Positions 50,406 through 61,020 of a stretch of 64,000 nucleotides of DNA are shown piece after piece (within the stretch, counting starts at the first letter, position 1; every line of letters begins with the position of its first letter). The translations under genes were made by a program, and so were the position numbers. This stretch comes from Phoronis australis (taxonomy: Eukaryota > Animalia > Phoronida): NCBI GenBank assembly GCA_002633005.1, contig NMRA01000204.1:66260-130259 (forward strand), written 5' to 3'. The notes below the pieces were generated by a model. The model did no database searches. It was not told the origin of the DNA and saw only the letters and a program-made list of their open reading frames with translations.

Positions 50406-52159
50406 AAGGCAGTAGTAGAAACAGCTGTTGTCATTATCCTCAATGTCATATCAATCCTGAAAAACAATGAACATTAACTTTGAATTAATAATAAATAATA
50501 AATTCAGCTTCCATCACAAAAACATCACTTGATTGAGACTATTACCAGAGCTTGGAATGACCAATGACAAAAAGAGGAAAAGTTTCAAGATGTATCGTTC
50601 CACAAATAAATAGACCTGTGAGATAGAAATATTTTTTGTATTGAAAATTCTAACTAAAATCAACGTTGTTGCATGAAAAAAGCCAAAATTATGGTAAGGG
50701 ACAAAAAATAGGAAACTGCATCAAATAAGAGGAAATGGAAACCAAAAACAGAAGAAATCTTAAAAGAGAGAAATTCCGAGACCTGTATTACTGAAATTAA
50801 ATTGGTCTCGAAGTGTTCCTTAGTCAAATTGGAGAATATTTCAGAGCTTTTCTTACAGCTTGAGACTGGGCGCTTCAAACTGGTTTGTAACAGCGTGCGT
50901 TGTGCAGTCACAATAAATAATGAACTGTCAATTCTTTACAACATACAACATAAATCACTGCTTGCCTGAGTAACAAACAACTCAAGACCAAATTTACAGA
51001 AGTACGTGGTCTAGAACAATAGTTTGCTTCTAGGATAGAACATGGGTTTATAGCCGCTTTGAGCATGTCTGCCCATGTCATCATACAGCACAAAGAGTAT
51101 CACAATAACCAAGTCCATACATGTCACAAATCTGAGACCTAACCTATGACTTGCATGCACAAGCCTCATACTGTGTTTATAACTGTTATGTCATGGTTTT
51201 CACTAGAATTGCAGAGTTCAAAATAACCTTATATGGCACTGGTAGCTAGAATCCTAGATTGTGTAAGTTGTGCAAAACAATTCTCTGAAATGTGATTATG
51301 ACTCATGAGCAGTGAGCTCTAGTTCTGACAAACAAGTTTTCAGTTGAGACCTAACATAGTGAATAGTTGTATCTTGTAGATCTCTAGAAAATACCCACAT
51401 AAAAGCGTAACAGAGTTGTGTTTGAAAGAGGTTTTCATAAATGGTGATGGCGACCTCATTGGTTTTAGAGTTAAAACCAGTGGCACACTGAACACAGAGT
51501 TGAGTTTGAAAGAGGTTTTCATACAATAACATTATGCTTGCTTAAATGTTCCATTTTCTAAGTCCCAAGGAAACTGGACAAATTATTGGACACAGCAAAC
51601 GTCTGGAGCAATGAACAATTTAGAAGAATTCTCCCCCAATTTTGTACTTGAAACTGTTATTAAGCCACCTTTGAAATCAGATGATTTTCAATAATTGCGA
51701 TTGAGGCTGTGCACATGCTTTTGTCCGAGTAGTGCAGAACTAACTTCATGTCTCTTCCAGCATCAAAACTGGCCACTTAGCCTCAATATCATCAGAAATC
51801 TGGGACTTTTATGTAATGTTTGATTTGGTTTAGCACTGTCAAAACCATAGTGTTCCGTCTGAAGAAAATTTAATTTCAAAAATATCATCTGAAAATGAAC
51901 AAAAAGTGCATAAGTAAAATCTACAAGTTTTTAAGTCTCAAAAAACAATCGGTAAATGCACCGATTTTCGTCTCAGTTCTTCTATGCGCGTTTCTCCCGA
52001 GAGGCTAGTACCTAACGTGCAGACGAGCACTCTAGATTGGAACGCTAAGTCCCGCATGGCTGAACTGCACATGAAAGAAGATGGCGGACGACCATTGGAG
52101 CCTCACGACGATAAGGTATCCTGACTACATTATCAATATATAATGTATATTACTCCCAG

Positions 52160-52292
52160 GTATTTATAACAACGTGACTTTGATGTTTTAGTCAGTTCGA
52201 GGCATAATTCGCAGAAAAGCTTCTGGCGTATGAAGCTCCTATAGGAGCATCAGCACAGCTTGCGCACCAGCACAGACGATGGTCATTGACAT
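52160..52292. mobile_element. Older diverged TIR fragment of the same MULE-like family
   Basis: GTATTTATAACAACGTGACTTTGATG...GACGATGGTCATTGACA matches 53150-53284 with more mismatches. Confidence 0.7.
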
Positions 52293-52332
52293 TGTCTGTG
52301 TATAAACTATTCTATGAGACTATGCGGTACTG

Positions 52333-53284
52333 TAGGCAATGACCATCGCCTCTGTTGGCCCGAACCAGAAGTGATGCAGCTCCTATAGGCGCTCTGTACG
52401 CCGGAAGCTTTTCAGCGAATTATGCCTCGCACCGACTAAACCATCAAAGTCACGTTATTATAAATACCTTTTGCGCATAAAGGAACACCTTAGGAGGTTG
52501 TCGATGTGTTTAATTCCTTCCAAAACGAACAAATACTCCCGTTATGAAACTTTTTCTTCGAGCAGTCCCTATTTCAGTTCCCAAAATCGTGAACTCAACA
52601 TTTTCACTCGGCGCATGCCAAGACTGGGATTTTTTTAACCAGGCCGAAGGTCAGAAGTTGCGGTCCTACCAGCGAATTTTGAAAGCTGAAGTTCCCGCCC
52701 TTCGCGTACGTGCTGCCGGGAACCAGCCGTGCATTTGCCGTGTTGTTAAACATTAAAATGTCAAATATGTGCACTAAGACTATTAAATGTCATATCAACA
52801 ACATTTATTTTTATCAAATACAAACAATAATTTATTGAAATACAATCAGTTTCAAGTAACGCCAATTAAAGACGAGTATAAGTGGTGGCATTTTGGAAAC
52901 GAACATTTGACTGACAAGACCACAATGGCTCACCTTTGGCCTATTTAAAGATTGAGGTCATGAAGTCACATCACCTAGCGAGCACGGTAAAAATTGGAGC
53001 GTGCGCAGTATAAAAATGGTGAGTTCACGATTTTAGGAACTGAAATAGGGACTGCTAGAAGAAAAAGTTTCATAACGGGAGTATTTGTTCGACTTGGAAG
53101 GAATTAAACACATCGACAACCTCCTAAGGTGTTCCTTTATGCGCAAAAGGTATTTATAAGAACGTGACTTTGATGGTTTAGTCGGTGCGAGGCATAATTC
53201 GCCAAAAAGCTTCCGGCGTACAGAGCGCCTATAGGAGCTGCATCGCCTCTGATTCGGGCCAACAGAGGCGATGGTCATTGCCTA
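52333..53284. mobile_element. Non-autonomous Mutator (MULE)/foldback-like DNA transposon
   Basis: ~275-bp near-identical TIRs (TAGGCAATGACCATCGCC...GGCGATGGTCATTGCCTA) flanked by a perfect 9-bp TSD GCGGTACTG (52324-52332, 53285-53293); no transposase ORF. Confidence 0.85.
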
Positions 53285-54014
53285 GCGGTACTGCCACTGA
53301 TACTGATACAGTCAGTGACTGTCAGTGTCACTGATAGTGATGCATGGATGCTTCTCAGCTCATTGCTAGATTATGTGCGTGAGCTTTTACCTAGCTGTCT
53401 TACGCAATGATATTTAGACACGTTGTCTCGCACAATGAACTTTAAACTCGCCTACGCCGCTAAACCACGTCCCTGCCTGTTGCATAAATGTTACAGAACC
53501 CAGTCGATCATGCTTAGCTCGCTCTCAGCTGATAATGGCCATGATAATAGGCTTTTTGAAACATATAATTTAATGGATATTACGCAGGTTTTTGTGTAAA
53601 GTATATAAATTAATTTTAAAAAATAAGGCAAAATCTAGTTTAATTGTAACTAAAATTCACAGAGAAGTAAAAAATAATATATAATTGCCTAAAAATATTA
53701 AACAATGAATGAAATAATAATCAAATTAAATGACCTGCTGAATGCAGACGATTTTTCACCTTTTCGTTATTATTTTTTGAATTTTTTATTAGCAAAAGAA
53801 TTCATATTTTTAGCATAAAACTTATAATAAATTTATTAGGCCTAATTAAAGACATTTTAAAAATATTTTTGTATTTCTTAAAAATTGATTTGCCTCATCT
53901 TACAGTTACAGTTCGGTGCGGAGATCCGGAAACCGTATTGTCGAAGCAAAACAACAGAAAAATAAGAAACAAATATTTTCGTCTATCTTATCGTATCCAC
54001 ACTAGTGGATCAGG

Positions 54015-57000
54015 ATGGACAGCCGACCAAGATATGAACCAGTAGGTTTTTAGGTGTTTCGAGGGAAACACTGTGGTGAATCTGCAGTGAGTGTACAAGA
54101 TGCAGACAGTATTGTAGTACCCTCGGGGCCTCGGGCTCTCGCCCTCTGCTCAGGCAGTCGCTCGATCTGGCTCTAGCACTCTGGCTGTAGGCAACACGTA
54201 GCCCCTCGGATGGCTTAGGGTCTACAATACTTCCTATCGCTTTCTGTACAAATTTCTTTCGGTGTATTGTAAACAGGCGGTTGGCGAAATCTGCTCGCCG
54301 ATTAAGAGTTTTCACCTCGTCAAAAATACATTCTACATCTTATAACTACCTCTTAAAAAGCGCTTACTTTCTTCTGATCAGTGATCCTTTCTGCTTCTGC
54401 ACATATCTTTGATGAAGCATTGCTACGACAATTAAGGTGACCTTGGCAAAGAATTCCAATTTCACTTTTTCAGTCACCGCGCGCGTGATAATTAAACCTC
54501 AAAATATCTCGATAAATTGAGTCACGTGAATTAGGCAAAGGTTAGCATGAGGGCCGAGAAAAGCGCGTGACCTGGTGCGTGACAGTTTGCAAAATAGCAC
54601 GGAAGGCGAAATTTGTAAGATTAGTGTTTCTTAGACTTTTTGTTCATCAACAGGCATGATTTCGCACAACTTCCTCAAAATGGCACCCGGTAAGAGAGAC
54701 TCGAGCTAACTGCGACAGATTTCATGGATATGATCAAGTTATGTTGACTAAATTATATTTAGAGTCATAATATGCATTAAGTATAACTCCATATGCATTT
54801 ATGCATGTTTCACTTGGTTTTATTTTCTGTATTTTGAAATGAGTAACTTTTTATTGGGATATACTATCAACCCTGTATGCCTGGTCGATGTAATTGCCTA
54901 CCCTAGCGCTAGGCGGGCTAGTCAGCCAAAACTGATGCCTTCACCAAACTGAAGCTACTGTAATTTCCTAAATACTGCCAGGGGTTTATGGGTTTCTTAA
55001 TGGTTATCGGAACCGAAATTGACGACAGTGAGTGCTCAGTTATGCAGGTCATAGTCACAGTGAGGAAGTGTCCTGAGAAACTATTACGCACCACACGGCA
55101 CTCATTATCAATTTTGTTTAAAAAAACAATAAACCATTGGCAGTAATTTGGAAACTTACGGTAATTTCAGTTTGGCGCAGGCATCAGTTTGGCTCACCAA
55201 CCGCGCCAAATTGAAGTGCGCCAATTCAGTTTGGCACAGCCATCAGATTCGGCTGCAACAGGTATCACCATTTCAACCGTAGTACAGACGATACCCATTC
55301 CATAGGGCCGCCATGCTCTGGAAGCTTTTGCCCAAATTGGCAACTGGCCATGTTGACGCTGGTCACGCCAGGGAGCATGACATCGCGTCCCATGGCCCCT
55401 GGCGTGAGCAGTGTTGAAATGTGAATAGCCAAAACTGACATGGTATAGCCAAATTCTATGACTACATTTCGGGCGTGCAAAATACATTTCAAACCTCAGA
55501 ACCATGGTTCCTGCAGGAAACCGTTGTCGCACATTTTTGAACTAGTTTTAATGCAAAAGTTATGCGCTTGTTTGTCTATTGGCAGTGTAGAGGTACAAAT
55601 TCTTTTCTTTTACAAGTGATTGGATGTTTTCTCTTTTACAGCTTAGAACTGAAGAGGAAGACCTACCAGCGCAGACTGTAGACTTGGCTATGGTAGAAGA
55701 ACCTCCCTTAAGTGACGAACACCAACTTCCTCCCCCTGGTAAATTGACTTAGTTGTAAATAATGTTTGTGATGACTCTCAAATGTCAATTTTTAATGATA
55801 CACTTTTGCTTAGGTTTTTGTAGAAGTGGCTCTTCGCTCATTTTTATGAAGATGGTATAATTTTGATTTAAAATTACAAAACGTAATCATAAAAATATAT
55901 GATATGTCAAATTTCTACGTGTGTAATCACCAGTATTGTCATACGACAGCCTTCTTGGCGTTTTGATATGAAACATAGCATGTTGATGTCACTGAAAAAT
56001 CTTCATATGCTTTAGTGTTCAAAGACTGACTGTCCTAAAGTAGGGAATCTGTCCAGTTTTGAGCGCCCCCTGTTGTCAAAATATCCATGGGCTTTATTTT
56101 CTGTCCCAGCATATGATGGCTGCACCAGTGATGACATGGCTCCACCTTCCTACAACATCGCTACAGATCTGCCAACATATGCGGAAGCTGAAAGAACTAA
56201 GAAGGAAATGAAGGATTACATGACGCAGCCTGGACACGGCCTTCATCAGCCATATCCGGGTGCAGGCTACAGTACTGGAATGGACCAGCATGTAAACGGA
56301 GAAGTATGTGCTGTGTCACATTGACTTGTAATGTTACACAGTGTGTATTTACACATCAAACAAAGCAGTTACTACAATAAAGTTCAGATAAGTTTGATCC
56401 AGTCGGAGCATGGCAAAATCTGACTTATCCAAATGCCCGACTGCATGAATGAGAACTCTCATACCCCTGAATTTAATCCTACTTAAGCGAGTATCCAAGT
56501 TTCCTCAAATTCAAACGAAAATAATGGCCAAAACTGTCATTTTCTGTTTTTGGAAAGTTCACTGTATTGCTAAAAAGGCATACTCAGAATTTTCTTTCAT
56601 GTTGGTTGATGCAAACTTAGGTGACTTTTATGAAGTAGTTTTCTACCACTGTTTTTTGTTGGGAAATTCGATAACGTAAAAATTCGCTGTTCTATCGTAT
56701 TCTGTTCTAAATGGAGGAAACCTTTACTGCGTATTGGTGGATAAGTATTCGTGACTTTATTGTCCACGGCTGAAGGTAGGGGAGGTATAGCAATGGTAGG
56801 CATCATGCGTGTTTCAGTACGTCTTTGCAAAGAATGTTTGTACTCTTTTGTACACAAATCCTTAATTTCTCAGCGGATTTCGACCAAGTGCTGTAGCACA
56901 TCTCAGGCATTTTACAGTTCAATGTATTTTCCTGAATTTTGGCCTGTTCTTGATTTTTACGCATCTGTTTAAGGAAATGTTCTTTTGTTCACCACTTCTA

Positions 57001-60000
57001 TATTTCGTTGGGGATTTTAAACAAACTTTCCAAAAGGTATGCTTGCAATGTCCTGTCATTTTGCAATTCAACAGTTAGTATTTTCCTGAATTTTACTGCA
57101 TTATAAAATTTCATGCATCCATGTAGGGAAATGCTCTTCTGTGCACATCTCTAACAATTTTCAGGAGATTTCGACCAAAGTTTCAAACAAGTAATAATTA
57201 CTTACTTTATGCTAACGAAGTGCTGTAACACGCATCGTCACCAATTTGCAATTCAACTTTGAATTTTCACTTGTTCTTCATTTTCGCGTTGATTTCATTC
57301 TTGTTTGGTTGACCCTCATCCCACAATGCATTGTAATGTGACATATCTTCCTGTCTGTAAGGTCAATTGATTCTTGCTCTGTGTGACCCGTCATGGTTTT
57401 AAAATCTAAGTGCTGACTGCTCTTTTAGTGAAACAGGGATGAAGTTGACAAAAAGTTGTTTGGGTCTATTTATATGTTGTTTAAAAGCTGTTTGCTGGTC
57501 TATGTACAGCATGCGATGAATGGGCAAAACATTCTTTGTGAATATCAGTTTCGGAAGCAGCGGCCATTTACAAGGGGTGGATTTGTTATCAAGAAGGATT
57601 ATTTTGAAATGACGTCAATCTCTCCTTTTGAATTCAGCTAACAATAAACGAAACTAATGAACCGAGGTTTTATTTTCAGGGGTCTATCTCTTCCAGTGGC
57701 GGTGAGGAGGTTCAACTGGGCACTGACTGTGTGTTTATGTTAGCCTTTATAAGTAAGTCCATCCTCTGATATGTAGTGTAAAATTTTGGCAAATTGATCG
57801 AAAGTGTGAAGTGCCTACTGGTTTTTGTAAAAACTAGTTTTGAAATTTCCACTCGCATGACAATGCTTTGTTGTTAGGTTGTGAGATAGTGCAAGTAATT
57901 CTACTGTGACAAGTACGCACTTGTAAAATGTCCACATTTAAACATGTTTGTTGCATTATGGAAAAATGGTACAAAAATTACTGCGAACACTTTCCATCAT
58001 ATAAACCAATATTTTTCGCGACATTTCGCGAAACACCTTGTTTAAGGCACCCAGGTGTCAGTTTCGGGTAAAGGCAAAACTTTGAAAATATATGTTAGTA
58101 CCAACTTTTAAGTTTAAAAGAAAAATGAGCCAACTCTGTGATGATGATGTAAAAACGTTGTCTCAGGTGCCCACTTTGTTGTTTGATTTTTGCCACTCAA
58201 AGTAATTGTATTTAAAACAACACTCACTTTTGTTTCCCTAAACAAATGGTAAGTTGAGCAGTAACTTGTCCAGCAACGTTTCTGGCCATCGAAAATGACG
58301 AAACTTTTATAAAAATTACACTAGTTTGGCAGAGAGAAAAATGACAGCCAAACTTTTTCCACCTTAATGGGTTGTAGATTTCTAAAATATTGAAACATTT
58401 TCGGCTCGTAATGCGTAGGAATTTGCTTCTTACTGTAAGATGGCCGTGTTCAAAACCGTAGATCTGTTGCTGCAAACCTGTTTCGTTGCTTAAGATTTAC
58501 ATGAGGGGATTGAAAAAGGATGACAAAGTCTTCCAGAGCATGTACAACAAAAAAAGCTTGGGGACTGGTGATTTGACATAATGATTAACGTGCTGGAAAA
58601 ACTACACATTGCAACTAATGTCTTTGTTTTGTATCGACTTCTAGCCGGGTTCCTATCTGTACGTCTCTTGTTCCCCTTTCCAGCTTGCTTCATGTTCAAC
58701 TGGTTTGGTCTGATAGCTGTGCTATGCGTAGTTCACACAGTGGCGGGGAGGTACGGAGCGCTGTCAGGCTTTGGACTGTCCATGGTCAAGTGGGCACTTA
58801 TTATAAAGGTACAGCCAACTTAACTACCTTACTTCATTTTCTTGTTGTAGTTTGGTGCAAAAAAATGTGACAACGGCCTCCACTGTTAGAAACATTGAAA
58901 CCTTACGTTTGCTTAATATTTTGCACCTAGTTGCAGGTGGGGTATCTTTAGGCACCACTTGATTTTGGCGACCTTGACCTTGTCTGGTCATATGCACCGA
59001 GGTTTAGATGGAGCATCTTTAGATGCTATTTGAATTTGTCGTTCTTCACTGAATCATTTTCATGGTCATCACTAGACATCACATCTTACACTGTATGAAA
59101 TTCCATTCTTTAAGCAAAATTTTGTCTGAAGTTTTTGGGAATTGCAATTGGGTGGCCATTATCAAATATGTTAGGGATTATTTTTATAGAGATATTCATC
59201 TGGTTTACCTTTAGACAAAAATGTTACCATTATAAAATTATAACCTTAAAAAATGAGTATGTCCTTTAGGTAGTGAGGGGGCGCTTTGATCACAAATGCT
59301 TGTATTTTTCAGAGCAATGACTGGGCTGGTGATCACATCAGTAATGACTCCTGGTTATGGTGGCTCTTTATTTGCCTAGGTAGGAATGTTCTACAAAACA
59401 TAATCGTAACATAGAGGTTATTTTTAGCAGAAATATGATTTGATAATTCTTAGACGTTTCACACTGAAAATTATAGCCAATATTGTCACTTTTCCTAGTT
59501 TCTAAGACTGACTAGCTTGCTGCAAATAATCTAAAAGTGTGATTTTGACATCTCTTCAGTGCATACCATGCTATTAATCTTTTTTGTACTTTTTAATTTT
59601 CTGACTGGTGAAATTTGATAAACTAAAATTCCATTTGCCTACCATATTATGTGGTAGGTAAGTGAAGAACCTCTGTAATAAGTACTGTTTGCATTGACGA
59701 GATTACGCAATGGTATGCTCACCTTCAAATATCCAGAAACAATCAGTTTAAGCTCAGATCTTATTGAAGTTGTAAAGAGTATTTAGACGAGGACTTTGAA
59801 ACAAAAATCACCAGTTGCCATCTTTGGTTCAATTGTTTCGCATGCCTTTCCCTCAAAGTGGTGACATGGTTTCTTTGTTGAATGAACCAACAACTGCCCA
59901 GGGAATGTCTAGACACCAAATTAATACCACATAAACTCCTTATTCAAACTTATGAGTGAAAATTCGGCGACAAACTCAAGTCAGAGCAAAACTTACAAGA

Positions 60001-60011
60001 GTCTGTATCTC

Positions 60012-60042
<31 letters not shown>

Positions 60043-61020
60043 CAGTAATATCAACAGCACCTGCGTTTTGTTATCTGAATCCTACTCAGGTATGCCATAT
60101 TGAAGCTAACTGGAATCCGAATAATTTATAGCAATGTAGTTTAAGGGTCTATTACCGGTAATTGTTTTCACAAAAAGTTCCCAAACAAAAACCAACAATC
60201 AAACTTTAAGCATGTGGTAAAAACAAAGATTTGTGACAGGCAAACATAGTGAAGACCACCAATGAAAGCTTACAGTTTCGGAAATCTACAAATTTAGTAT
60301 TCAATGATTTTTCTGCAAAATTTTACCCAGCAATCTTGGTGATTTTAGACTGTAATGTTTGACCGAACAATCCAGTAATCATCCTTTAAGTAGTGAGAGA
60401 TTGCTTTCACTTGGGAACATGTACACCTAGTTGCATGTGACTAAATTGTGATGAAGCAGTCTTTTCTAACCAAACGCTTTGAAAACTAGTGTCAACTAAA
60501 CCATAGTGGTCCATTAAACACCTTCATTTTGGCATTCAGATATCAAGAAAATAGTCAAGCAACTTCTTCTTGAAATTGTGCTGTGCAGTGCTGTAGTGGG
60601 GCGTAGGTGGACGTACTCGCAGCCAACCACCTTTTGGCATTTGAACGCAGCGCCTATGCATCGCAAGTTGCGTTCAGTGCTCAGTGTGATACAGTGGGCT
60701 CTGGGCACCTACTTACCTCTAATTTTACCACTACAGTGGTACTGGTGCTGTGTTGGTGATAGTGTTGCTGGTGATGTTTTTGAAGTGTAAGATTTTATGT
60801 GGTAGCTCTAAAAGCTTTGTTTTGTGATTTCCACTCGTTCTTTTTTCTCTAATATCGGTAAATTCAGTGAAGACAAGAGTTCATGTCTAGTGTGATAAAT
60901 GCTGTCTCTTTTTTAGGGTCACTGCTGTGTCTCAAGGGAATTGTACAATACTTCAGAATCCGTGCGCAGTGGCCTGAATTGGCACATAACAGGCGAACTG
61001 CATTTTACTACTTCTATTGA
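54015..61020 (+). CDS. NDFIP1: NEDD4 family-interacting protein (NDFIP1/2 homolog), ~228 aa, three PY motifs and three TM helices
   Basis: Exons 54015-54041, 55642-55738, 56110-56303, 57680-57752, 58684-58808, 59313-59379, 60917-61020 join in frame (687 nt). N-terminal RYEPLRTEEE; PPAY, PPSY, LPTY; LGTDCVFMLAFITCFMFNWFG; AGRYGALSGFGLSMVKW; WLWWLF. Probably a pre-duplication co-ortholog of NDFIP1 and NDFIP2. Confidence 0.93.
60012..60040. repeat. (AAT)n microsatellite
   Basis: About nine AAT units. Confidence 0.9.
60586..60744. mobile_element. hAT-like MITE family C
   Basis: CAGTGCTGTAGTGG...CCACTACAG TIRs with an 8-bp TSD GTGCTGTG on both flanks; second copy at 27477-27629. Confidence 0.75.

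Noticed and set aside
52078-52115. AAGATGGCGGAC...AAG|GTATCC looks like a plus-strand first coding exon (MADDHWSLTTI)
   Set aside because: Its phase-2 end fits no NDFIP acceptor and no partner exon was found; more likely a YY1-type promoter motif.
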